A stretch of DNA of 38,352 bases, taken from NCBI GenBank assembly GCA_031082105.1, contig JAVHLO010000001.1:1-38352 (forward strand). Reading direction: 5' to 3'. The DNA comes from Planctomycetota bacterium (GTDB lineage: Bacteria; Planctomycetota; MHYJ01; JACQXL01; JAVHLO01). The notes below the pieces were generated by a model. It did not search any database and had not been told where the DNA came from. It saw nothing but the letters and a program-made list of their open reading frames with translations. Positions within the stretch are counted from its first letter, which is position 1, and each line of letters opens with the position of its first letter. Positions 22,189 to 29,916 of this stretch are shown here, piece by piece. Position numbers and translations under genes: made by a program.

Positions 22189-23361
22189 CTACGTCGCCGC
22201 CTCCAGCCTGTTCTTCCCTTTCGCCTTGGCCTGGTACATCGCGCCGTCGGCCTTCTTCACCAGGTCGGTCACCACCATCCCTTCCTGCAGGTCGGCGATC
22301 CCCATGCTCACCCGGATGTCCAGAGTCGCGCCCTCATAGGTGAACCGGTGTTTCCTCAGCTTCTCGATTATTCTGTTCGCGACGATGAGACCGCCGGAGA
22401 GCGGCGTCTCGGGCAGGATGACGACGAATTCGTCCCCGCCGTACCGCGCCGCCAGGTCTTCCTGGCGCACATAGGAGGCGATCAACTGCGCCACCTGGCG
22501 AAGCAGGCTGTCGCCCGCGGGATGTCCGTGCTGGTCGTTCACCTGTTTGAACCCGTCGACGTCCATCATGATCAGGCACAGATTATGATGGTACCGGGTC
22601 GAACGGTGCACTTCGGCTTTCAAGAACTCGTAGAAAGTCTTGTAGTTGGCGAGCTTCGTCAGTCCGTCCATTCGCGCCTGTTGCTGGATCTCGTTGAAGA
22701 GAAAACTGTTCTGCAGCGCCGCGCCGATGAGGTGGCTCAGTTGTTCTATCACCGGCAGATCGTCCATCTCGTTGAAGAAGGTGCCGTCGGTCTTGTCCGC
22801 CAGGTTCAACACGCCGCATATGATGTTGCCCGCCATCAGCGGCACGCAGAGGCACGATTTTGTCGCGTACTTGAATGCGAACGTCCGGTCAAGTTTCTCG
22901 CCGAGTTGCCTCTCGAAGTCGTCGATGTTTCTGACAAGGACCGGCTTCTTATCGCGGAGCACCAGCCCCATGAGCGAGTTCTGGTGGTGACGAAGCACGA
23001 TCTTCGTGCTTATGTCGCTTTGGTGGTTGTGTTTCTTCAGGGCGAGCTCGTCGTTCTTGTAGTCGTAGAGGAAGAGCGAGACATAGCGCGCACTGACCAG
23101 CAGAGGGATCTTCTCCACGACGACCCTTGCGAGCGCATCGAGATCGAACGTGTTTATCTCGTGGCTGAGAAAATTGAGCTGATTGAGCTTGTCGGTGAGG
23201 ACGGCCATGCGCTGGCGGAGGCTGTCCATGAGCTCGAGTTCCTTGCGGAGCGCCACATTGTCCTTATCGAGGGTATTGATCCTCTCAATGAACCGCGAGA
23301 TCTCGTTTTCTTTCAATCGCAGTTCTGTCCTCAGCTTGTCCTGTTTTGGCGGAACGGGCAT
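22189..23361 (-). CDS. Diguanylate cyclase: coiled coil + GAF + GGDEF
   Basis: RYGGDEFVVILP active-site motif with an RQED (RxxD I-site) 5 residues upstream. A GAF-like central region. A GGGAGA RBS lies in the 19-nt gap after the upstream gene, so the two are probably co-transcribed. Confidence 0.9.
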   Translation of the reverse strand: MPVPPKQDKLRTELRLKENEISRFIERINTLDKDNVALRKELELMDSLRQRMAVLTDKLNQLNFLSHEINTFDLDALARVVVEKIPLLVSARYVSLFLYDYKNDELALKKHNHQSDISTKIVLRHHQNSLMGLVLRDKKPVLVRNIDDFERQLGEKLDRTFAFKYATKSCLCVPLMAGNIICGVLNLADKTDGTFFNEMDDLPVIEQLSHLIGAALQNSFLFNEIQQQARMDGLTKLANYKTFYEFLKAEVHRSTRYHHNLCLIMMDVDGFKQVNDQHGHPAGDSLLRQVAQLIASYVRQEDLAARYGGDEFVVILPETPLSGGLIVANRIIEKLRKHRFTYEGATLDIRVSMGIADLQEGMVVTDLVKKADGAMYQAKAKGKNRLEAAT

Positions 23362-23380
23362 CTGGATAATCTCCCGCGAA

Positions 23381-24502
23381 TCAGTTCTTGTCCAACACGA
23401 ACACCTTGCCGTTCACCGCGCTTCCTACGAAGAGCGAGCCCTTGTACTCCATGAGCGCACCGCGCATGAGGTCGCCGCGCTGGTGGACGTCCGTCTTGCC
23501 GACGAACTCCTCCTTCGGCAGACGCAGCGCCACGGTCCACGAGGTGCCCGACGTCGATTGCCAGAGCGTCCCGGCGCTGTCGATCGCGTAGCACTTGCCG
23601 TCGAGCTCTGCGAAACCGTTGACGATGTCCTTGAACTCTTTCATGCGGATCAGTTTTTTGCCGTCGAACCTGTAGACGACCGGCCCGCTCTCCGTGTAGG
23701 CGCTCAAGAACAGGTGTTTTTTGAACGAGCCGAACCGCCAGACGAAGGTCGCGCCCTTCACGAGGTCCAGCTCGCGCCATTTCGTCCCGTCGAATTCCCA
23801 CAGATCGACGATTATGTCGGGCAGCCGCTGCGCGCGACCGCTCGCGTACAGCTTGTCGTTGAAGACGATCATCTCGAACATCCGCGGGAAATCTCTGGGG
23901 AAGACCACGGTCTTGTACGAGACCCGCCAACCCGCTTCCTCGTCGTCGGACTCCCAGACCGCGCCACGCCGGTCTATCGTGCCGATCGTCGCGTAGAGTT
24001 TGTCCTTGTACTCAGCGATGCAGAGAAGGTGCAGCCCCCACGCGCCCGCTTCGCCCGATTTCAAATGCAGGTCGCGGAAGTCCCACTGTTCGCCGTCGAA
24101 CCTGTAGTATCGACAGGCCTTGCCGTCGCCCGTAAAAACGGACGTGTCCGCCCCCATCACACAGAGACGGTCTTTCAGGACGTTCATCCGGTATCCGCCC
24201 TCTTCGATCGACCCGATCTCGCGTGGGCCGAAGACGGAGGCCGCGCTCTTCGTCTCGGGGTCGTAGACGCAGACCTCGAACGGCGGCCCGTCCATGATGT
24301 AGTCGCTCGCCAGGATGTACAGCCGGTCCTTGTAGACGGCGAAATCCTGGATGGTGGCGCGTTCCGAGGCGTCAAACACGTGAGCGACCTTGAGCGGACC
24401 GGCCGCCTGGGCAAGCGCGGGCTGCAGCCACGGCGCAGTCACGCAGAAGACGATCATCGCAACGGCCGTCCCGGTCAGAAACGGAACACTCCCGGATTTC
24501 AT
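23381..24502 (-). CDS. Secreted seven-bladed beta-propeller protein of unknown function
   Basis: Signal peptide MKSGSVPFLTGTAVAMIVFCVTAPWLQPALAQA. Seven spaced blade motifs: YKDRLYIL, LKDRLCVM, YKDKLYAT, FNDKLYAS, FKKHLFLS, LDGKCYAI, YKGSLFVG. The start is set at ATG 24502 because of the promoter geometry. The longest ORF starts at GTG 24520. Confidence 0.7.
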   Translation of the reverse strand: MKSGSVPFLTGTAVAMIVFCVTAPWLQPALAQAAGPLKVAHVFDASERATIQDFAVYKDRLYILASDYIMDGPPFEVCVYDPETKSAASVFGPREIGSIEEGGYRMNVLKDRLCVMGADTSVFTGDGKACRYYRFDGEQWDFRDLHLKSGEAGAWGLHLLCIAEYKDKLYATIGTIDRRGAVWESDDEEAGWRVSYKTVVFPRDFPRMFEMIVFNDKLYASGRAQRLPDIIVDLWEFDGTKWRELDLVKGATFVWRFGSFKKHLFLSAYTESGPVVYRFDGKKLIRMKEFKDIVNGFAELDGKCYAIDSAGTLWQSTSGTSWTVALRLPKEEFVGKTDVHQRGDLMRGALMEYKGSLFVGSAVNGKVFVLDKN

Positions 24503-24508
24503 GAGCCG

Positions 24509-24537
24509 ATTGTACCACACAGCGACGGTCTTTTCAA
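24509..24537 (-). promoter_or_regulatory. Sigma70 promoter TTGAAA-17 nt-TACAAT, 6 nt upstream of ATG 24502 (leaderless mRNA)
   Basis: The minus strand reads TTGAAA (24537-24532), a 17-nt spacer, TACAAT (24514-24509), cggctc, then ATG. Confidence 0.5.
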
Positions 24538-24557
24538 TCCTTTCTTGCCTGTTTTTC

Positions 24558-24587
24558 TTGACCCCTGCCGCGCTTTGTGGTAAAAAT
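24558..24587 (+). promoter_or_regulatory. Candidate sigma70 promoter TTGACC-17 nt-TAAAAA(T) for the ferredoxin/MvhD-metV-metF genes
   Basis: TTGACC at 24558-24563 and taaaaat at 24581-24587. It is divergent from the 24509-24537 promoter. The downstream gene has a GAGGAAGAG RBS. Confidence 0.35.
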
Positions 24588-24663
24588 GCGCTCCGCTCTC
24601 CTGCCTGAGGCGCGCGAGGCTATCTGCAACGGCGCCCTTTGAGATCGATAGAGGAAGAGATTC

Positions 24664-25830
24664 ATGACAACACCAGCCCTGCAATCCGCCGAGCTCGCGA
24701 TCAGCGTCAACATCGACCTGTGCGGGAACTGTATCTTCTGCCTCTCCGTCTGCCCGTTCGAGGCCATCACCCAGAACCCCGACACGAAGAAAGTGAAGAT
24801 CGATCCCGTCAAGTGCCGGCTATGCGGCATCTGCTACGCCACCTGCCCGTCGCGGCTCATCAGCATCCAGTACTACGACACAGAGTCGCTCGCCAGTTAC
24901 ATCCGGGAACGGATGGCCAAGGAAGGCGCCGACGAGCTGGTCGTCGCCTGCCGCGGCACCGCGCTGACGCCGGCAACGTGGCGACAGAAACTGGGCATAG
25001 ACAGACCCACCGCCATGTACTTCTCGCTCCCGTGCCTGGGCAGGCTGCACCTCAACTTCTACGTCGAGGCCGCGAGCGCGGGCTTGAAGAAGATCATACT
25101 CGTCTCGTGCGAACAGGAGTTCTGCCGCTACAAGAAGGGGAGCGAGACAGTGTCCAACCGGTTTGCGGCCGCGCAGCCGGTGCTCGATGATCTGGGATTC
25201 GGTTCCGACATGCTCGAACTTCGCACCCTTGCGCCCAGGGCGGAGATCGACGACAAGAAGTGCATAACCTGCGGGACTTGCGCCTTCGTTTGTCCGTACG
25301 AGGCGATCCAGATAAAGGACTCCGCCGCAAGGCTGGAAAAGGAGAAATGCAAGGGGTGCGGGCTGTGCGTGCCCGGTTGCCCGGCTATCGCGATCAAGCT
25401 GGAAGGCTCGGACTGCGATGCGGTCACAAAAGAGATCGCGGAATTCGCCGGAGGCCCTGCGAAACCCAAGGTGCTCGTCCTCGGCTGCCAGTGGAGCGAG
25501 TACCGGTCCTGCGATGAAGGCGCGGCCGCGCGCCCGGGCGTGAAATTTCTGAAGATGCCGTGCTCGGGGAGGACAGATGTCCTTCACATCCTGAAGGCGC
25601 TGTCGGCCGGGATCGACGGCGTCATGGTTACGATGTGTCTCGACGACATCTGCAACCTCGAAACCGGAAACAAGCGGGCCTTCTCGCGGGTCGCAAAGGT
25701 CATGGAATCGCTCGCCAAACTCGGCGTGCAGGACCGGGTCAAGATCGCCCCCGTCCATCCGAAATATCTCGGTATGTTCGAGAACGAGCTGAACGCGTTC
25801 GTCTCGAAGCTGGCACAGGGCAAGAGGTAG
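24664..25830 (+). CDS. Polyferredoxin fused to two MvhD/FlpD-like domains (4 x [4Fe-4S] motifs), a putative electron-transfer partner of MetFV
   Basis: Cluster motifs CGNCIFCLSVCP, CRLCGICYATCP, CITCGTCAFVCP and CKGCGLCVPGCP. The second MvhD-like domain reads VLVLGCQWSEY...MPCSGRTDVLHILKALSAGIDGVMVTMC. The first (VVACRGTA...LPCLGRLHLNFYVEAASAGLKKIILVSC) is more degenerate. Confidence 0.75.
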   Translation: MTTPALQSAELAISVNIDLCGNCIFCLSVCPFEAITQNPDTKKVKIDPVKCRLCGICYATCPSRLISIQYYDTESLASYIRERMAKEGADELVVACRGTALTPATWRQKLGIDRPTAMYFSLPCLGRLHLNFYVEAASAGLKKIILVSCEQEFCRYKKGSETVSNRFAAAQPVLDDLGFGSDMLELRTLAPRAEIDDKKCITCGTCAFVCPYEAIQIKDSAARLEKEKCKGCGLCVPGCPAIAIKLEGSDCDAVTKEIAEFAGGPAKPKVLVLGCQWSEYRSCDEGAAARPGVKFLKMPCSGRTDVLHILKALSAGIDGVMVTMCLDDICNLETGNKRAFSRVAKVMESLAKLGVQDRVKIAPVHPKYLGMFENELNAFVSKLAQGKR

Positions 25831-25833
25831 GCG

Positions 25834-25865
25834 AAAACAGGGACTGGAAGAGACTTGTACGAGAG
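25834..25865. repeat. Family F repeat, inverted copy (aaaacagggactggaagagacttgtacgagag)
   Basis: Its reverse complement aligns with the direct copies at 26028-26098 (tacaagtctc..c.agtccctgt). Confidence 0.65.
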
Positions 25866-25941
25866 CAGGAAAACACAACTAGGCAACGATTCGAAATCTC
25901 CGGGGATATCGCGTGACACAGGAACGGCTCTTGAGATTGCT

Positions 25942-25980
25942 GGATTCCCGCTTTTCCGCTGCGGCGGACGCGGGAATGAC
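25942..25980. repeat. Family E hairpin (ggattcccgc ... gcgggaatgac)
   Basis: attcccgc and gcgggaat form an inverted repeat. A related copy is at 36246-36302 and a half-site gcgggaatgac at 36593-36603. Confidence 0.7.
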
Positions 25981-26027
25981 AAAGACGGTCACGTTGAACG
26001 CTCATGGCTGTCCGGATTCATTGATTT

Positions 26028-26098
26028 CTCTTACAAGTCTCGTCAAGTCCCTGTCTTCTTTCTTTCGTCTCTTGCAAGTCTCGTCAAGTCCCTGTTTT
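26028..26098. repeat. Family F tandem direct copies (ctcttacaagtctcgtcaagtccctgt / ctcttgcaagtctcgtcaagtccctgt)
   Basis: The 21-nt core caagtctcgtcaagtccctgt is identical at 26034-26054 and 26075-26095. Confidence 0.8.
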
Positions 26099-26144
26099 CC
26101 CTGTCCCTGATGGAAAGCGAAGAGCGGATTGAGGTATAGGAAAG

Positions 26145-26846
26145 ATGATAGTCACCCAAGAAAAACCCATTGACGAAATCCTCGGTTTCATCGAGCCTTT
26201 CAAGCGGGTTCTGGTGCTCGGCTGCGACGGCTGCACGCAGCCGCCGCGCGGGTTGAAGGAGGCCGAGGTCTGCGCCGAACTTATCAGACTGGCGGGCACG
26301 CTGAAGAGCAAGGGGATCGAGTGCAGGACTTTCACCGTGAGCCGGCAGTGCGACAACAACATTCTGAAGAAGAATCTCGCGCCGCAGATGGAAGGGATCG
26401 ACGCCGTGCTGTCGATGGCCTGCGGCATCGGACCGCAGACGATCGTCGAGGTCTTTCCCACGGCGCACGTCTTCCCGGCCCAGAACACGCTCTGCATGGG
26501 TTCAGAGAATATGGAGCAGGCGACGTTCGCCGCCAGATGCCAGGGGTGTGGGAACTGTATCCTGGACCGGACAGGCGGCATCTGCCCGATCACGCAATGC
26601 GCAAAGAGCCTCCAGAACGGTCCGTGCGGCGGCACGCGCGAAGGGAAGTGCGAGACGAGCAAGGAGATCGCCTGCGGATGGCAGCTCATCTTCGATCGGA
26701 TGAAAGCTCTCGGCAGGCTGCAGGAACTGGTCAAGTTCATGCCGCCCAAGGACTGGTCGACCTCCATCCACGGCGGGCTGAAACGACATGTTCGCAAGGA
26801 TCTGGTCGCGGCGAAGGTCGGAGAACAGTCGAAGGGATCGATGTAG
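26145..26846 (+). CDS. metV: MetV, the methylene-THF reductase C-terminal-domain (MTHFR_C) zinc/FeS protein
   Basis: VLVLGCDGCTQ ... CQGCGNCILDRTGGICPITQCAKSLQNGPCGGT is the characteristic Cys-rich signature of the small subunit encoded next to acetogen-type metF. An AGGAAAG RBS is present. Confidence 0.85.
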   Translation: MIVTQEKPIDEILGFIEPFKRVLVLGCDGCTQPPRGLKEAEVCAELIRLAGTLKSKGIECRTFTVSRQCDNNILKKNLAPQMEGIDAVLSMACGIGPQTIVEVFPTAHVFPAQNTLCMGSENMEQATFAARCQGCGNCILDRTGGICPITQCAKSLQNGPCGGTREGKCETSKEIACGWQLIFDRMKALGRLQELVKFMPPKDWSTSIHGGLKRHVRKDLVAAKVGEQSKGSM

Positions 26847-26918
26847 CCTGGCGCGCGACTCCCCCGCAAGAGAAGACGGACGATGGCCTGGCACGCGGAC
26901 AACGGCCGGAAAGCGCAA

Positions 26919-27073
26919 GTCCCCCCTTAGCAGAGGGGGATTCGGGGGATGTCCGAGAGTCCCCCTTAGCAAAGGGGGATTCAGGGGGTTGTTCAGGTGG
27001 TGTTTGCGAAGCCATCGCGCTTGCGAATTTGAGGGAATAACCCCCTGCGTCCCCCTTTCGTAAGGGGGACTTC
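26919..27073. repeat. Family C cluster: three copies of a cccccttagc(a/aa)agggggattc(g/a)ggggg-type hairpin, two direct and one inverted
   Basis: Copies at 26919-26949, 26958-26988 and 27041-27073 (reverse orientation). They fill the metV-metF spacer. Confidence 0.8.
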
Positions 27074-27150
27074 GCGGCGCCTTCGACGCCACGAAAGCGG
27101 AGCGTGAAGTCCCCGTCCACACGAATTCGGTTATTTTGAAAGACAGAGCG

Positions 27151-28014
27151 ATGAGCAGACTGAGCGAAGCCTTGAAGGCGGGAGAATTCGTTTTTACCTC
27201 TGAAATCGCGCCACCCAAGGGCACCAATGTCGGCCCGGCACTCGACGAGGCGAGACATTTCGGGCCGAAGGTCGCCGGCATAAACGTCACAGACATGCAG
27301 AGCGCCGTGATGCGGGTCGGCAGCCTCGCAACCTGTATCAGGCTGAAAGAGCGCGGGCTCGAACCGATCATGCAGATGACCTGCAGGGACCGCAACAGGA
27401 TTTCTCTCCAGTCTGAGCTGCTCAACGCGTCCGTCTTCGGCATCGAGAACATGTTGTGCCTGACGGGCGACCACCAGGTGCTCGGCGACCACCACACGGC
27501 CAAGGGCGTCTTCGACATGGATTCGGTCCAGCTCATCCATGCCGCGAAGTTGCTGACGACCGGGGTGGATCTTGCGGGCGGCAAGCTCGACGGCGCGCCG
27601 AGTTTCTTCATCGGCGGCGTCGTGTCACCGGGGATCGAGCCGCTCGAGCTCCAGATACTGAAACTCGAGAAGAAGGTGAACGCCGGCGCTCAGTTTATCC
27701 AGACACAGGCCGTCTTCGAGCCGGCAAAGTTCATCGCGTTCATCGAGAAGGTCAAGCATATCAAGGTACCCATCCTGGCAGGCATAATCATACTCAAGTC
27801 CGTCGGCATGGCGCGGTTCATGAACAAGAACGTGGCCGGCGTTTTCGTGCCCGACCCGCTCATCGACGAGGTGAAGAAGGCGCCCGATAAGGAAAAGAAG
27901 GGCGTTGAGATCGCGGTGCGCATCATCCGCGAGATCAGGAGCCATTGTGCCGGCGTGCACATCATGCCGCTCGGCTGGGGACACCTCGTCCCGGCGATCA
28001 TCCAGCAGGTCTAG
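27151..28014 (+). CDS. metF: Methylenetetrahydrofolate reductase, MetF (acetogen/anaerobe type)
   Basis: FVFTSEIAPPKG, INVTD, MQMTCRDRNRISLQSELL, ENMLCLTGDH and AQFIQTQAVF are MTHFR family hallmarks. ATG 27151 is preferred over the upstream TTG 27136. Confidence 0.9.
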   Translation: MSRLSEALKAGEFVFTSEIAPPKGTNVGPALDEARHFGPKVAGINVTDMQSAVMRVGSLATCIRLKERGLEPIMQMTCRDRNRISLQSELLNASVFGIENMLCLTGDHQVLGDHHTAKGVFDMDSVQLIHAAKLLTTGVDLAGGKLDGAPSFFIGGVVSPGIEPLELQILKLEKKVNAGAQFIQTQAVFEPAKFIAFIEKVKHIKVPILAGIIILKSVGMARFMNKNVAGVFVPDPLIDEVKKAPDKEKKGVEIAVRIIREIRSHCAGVHIMPLGWGHLVPAIIQQV

Positions 28015-28170
28015 CAGCCTGTCCGGGTAATGCCAGGCTGACCGATTGTGGAGTGCGGCGGGGTGACTGTGCAACGTCGTCTCCATGGGTTCGGGTTGCA
28101 TCTGTTGGGGCGCGTGCGATTCCGTACCGCATTCCGTGTTTCCACGATTCTGCGTTTCTGTATTCTGCTC
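28012..28170. repeat. Family H composite element starting at the metF stop codon (TAGCAGCCTGTCCGGGTAATGC ... attccgtgtttccacgattctgcgtttctgtattctgctc)
   Basis: Both ends align with 34483-34626: the 5' 22-24 nt with 2 mismatches, the 3' block of about 55 nt at roughly three-quarters identity by eye. The middle differs. Confidence 0.65.
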
Positions 28171-28267
28171 GGGGCCGGCGGGAACTGCGCCGCGAATTTG
28201 AAGCCGCGGCTTGGTTTCTCTCTCCGGGCTTGCACGACAGGCGCGCGTGTCCACACACCGATATTCG

Positions 28268-29122
28268 ATGGACCTCAACTGCGACTGCGGCGAAGGAATG
28301 CCGCATGACCGCGAGCTCATGCAGTACGTCAGCTCGGCCAGCATCGCGTGCGGGGAACACGCCGGAGACGCCGTTCTGATGCTGAGGACCGTCAGGCTGG
28401 CAAAGAAACGCGGCGTCGTCATCGGCGCGCACCCGAGTTTTCCGGGAAGGCGCGGCTTCGGCAGACTCGCGCCGAAACGATTGGACTATGGCAGGCTGGC
28501 GAAGTCGCTTTTCACGCAGATCTCAAGGTTGAATGACATCGCGGTATCACAGGGCGTTGCGGTGGTCTTTGTCAAGCCGCACGGCGCACTCTACAGCGTC
28601 GCCGCGCGCGACGCAAACGCCGCGCGGTGCGTGGTCGAGGCCGCGGCAACAGCAGCCGGTGCGTGCACGGTTGTCGGGATGCGCCGTTCCGCGCTTGGCG
28701 ACGCGTGCAGAAGAACGGGTCTTCCCTTCATACCCGAGGCTTTTCCCGATCGGGCGTACGACCGCGCGGGCACGCTGGTGTCGCGCGCGCTGCCCGGCGC
28801 AGTGATCGAGGATCCGGGGCAGGTTGCGGATCGGGCCGTGCGGATGGCCCTGCGGCGGGATGTGATCTCCATCGAGGGGAAGCGAATCCAGCTCGCAACA
28901 GTCCGCACGCTGTGCATCCACGGGGACAGCGCCCACGCGACCGAAGCGGCCCGCGCTGTGCGCCGCGGACTCGAGACGGCCGGAGTATCCGTCGAGCCTT
29001 TTGTGGGCGGTTCCCTCTCCCTCTGGGAGAGGGCGAGGGTGAGGGCTTTCCGAACGCCCAAGACCCGAACTGCAAAGCAAGACGACATGGGAAGAGAGAA
29101 ACCTTGCCATGACCACCGGTGA
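28268..29122 (+). CDS. pxpA: 5-oxoprolinase subunit A (PxpA, LamB/YcsF family) with a repeat-derived C-terminal tail
   Basis: MDLNCDCGEG, ASIACGEHAGD, GAHPSFP, VKPHGALY and LCIHGD. The last 40 or so codons (GGSLSLWERARVRAF...) read through the family A repeat and overlap pxpB by 14 nt. Confidence 0.85.
   Translation: MDLNCDCGEGMPHDRELMQYVSSASIACGEHAGDAVLMLRTVRLAKKRGVVIGAHPSFPGRRGFGRLAPKRLDYGRLAKSLFTQISRLNDIAVSQGVAVVFVKPHGALYSVAARDANAARCVVEAAATAAGACTVVGMRRSALGDACRRTGLPFIPEAFPDRAYDRAGTLVSRALPGAVIEDPGQVADRAVRMALRRDVISIEGKRIQLATVRTLCIHGDSAHATEAARAVRRGLETAGVSVEPFVGGSLSLWERARVRAFRTPKTRTAKQDDMGREKPCHDHR
29013..29045. repeat. Family A repeat inside the 3' end of the pxpA ORF
   Basis: ccctctccctctgggagagggcgagggtgaggg, the same core as 38125-38178. 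Confidence 0.8.
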
Positions 29123-29783
29123 AGACAAGAAAGCCACGCGCTACTTCCCCATCGGCGATTCCGCGGTCGTCGTGGAGTTCGGCAACACCATCACTCCGCA
29201 AGTCCATGCGCTGGTGCAGAAGATGGCCTTCGCCGTCGGACTCTCGATGATCAATGGACTCGTAGAGGTCGTGCCGGCCTACCGGTCGCTGACGGTCTAC
29301 TACGACGCGCTCTTGACCGACTACGAGACGCTTGTCGCCCAGCTTCGGCTTGCGGAGGAAAGGTCTGAAACTATCCCTCTTCCGCCGTCGAGACGCATCA
29401 AGATCCCCGTCAGCTACGGCGGTCAACACGGGCCGGACATCGAATCCGTGGCGAAGTACAACAACCTTTCCGTCGAGGAACTGATACAGCTTCACTCGTC
29501 ACAACAGTATCTCGTCTACATGCTCGGCTTCACGCCAGGCTTTCCGTACATGGGGAGCCTTCAACGAAAGATCCTGGCGCCGCGCAAGGAGTCGCCGAGC
29601 GCAAAGGTCCCTGCCGGCTCACTGGGGCTCGCGGGCGAACAGACGGGCATATATCCGTTCGAGTCGCCCGGCGGCTGGCAGATCATCGGTTGGACGTCGA
29701 TGAAGATGTTCGATCTCGGCCTGGACCCGCCTGCGACGCTCGCGCCCGGCGATATTGTCGAGTTCGAGGTCGCGGGACACTAG
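29109..29783 (+). CDS. pxpB: 5-oxoprolinase subunit B (PxpB, KipI/allophanate hydrolase subunit 1 family)
   Basis: GDSAVVVEFG, VPAYRSLTVYYD, YMLGFTPGFPYMG and ESPGGWQIIGWT. Confidence 0.9.
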   Translation: MTTGEDKKATRYFPIGDSAVVVEFGNTITPQVHALVQKMAFAVGLSMINGLVEVVPAYRSLTVYYDALLTDYETLVAQLRLAEERSETIPLPPSRRIKIPVSYGGQHGPDIESVAKYNNLSVEELIQLHSSQQYLVYMLGFTPGFPYMGSLQRKILAPRKESPSAKVPAGSLGLAGEQTGIYPFESPGGWQIIGWTSMKMFDLGLDPPATLAPGDIVEFEVAGH

Positions 29784-29833
29784 CCGGGACTATTCGCTAT
29801 CTGTGGAAACGCTTGACAAACGCGCCTTTTCAT

Positions 29834-29916
29834 GTCATTGCGAGCCGCACCGAGGCAATCGCCAAGACCTTTTGCGCGGGACTCAGGGAGATTGCTTCGC
29901 TGCGGCTCGCAATGAC
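29834..29916. repeat. Family D hairpin (gtcattgcgagccgcaccgaggcaatc ... gattgcttcgctgcggctcgcaatgac)
   Basis: 27-nt arms are near-complementary with a 29-nt loop. It lies between pxpB and pxpC. Confidence 0.8.

Noticed and set aside
22171-24583. + strand ORFs 22171..23454 and 23183..24583
   Set aside because: These are antisense shadows of the GGDEF and beta-propeller genes.
24820-27611. Minus-strand ORFs 24820..25878, 26084..26902, 26502..27611 and 26737..27540
   Set aside because: They are antisense to the ferredoxin/MvhD, metV and metF genes and read through repeat-filled spacers. No motifs.
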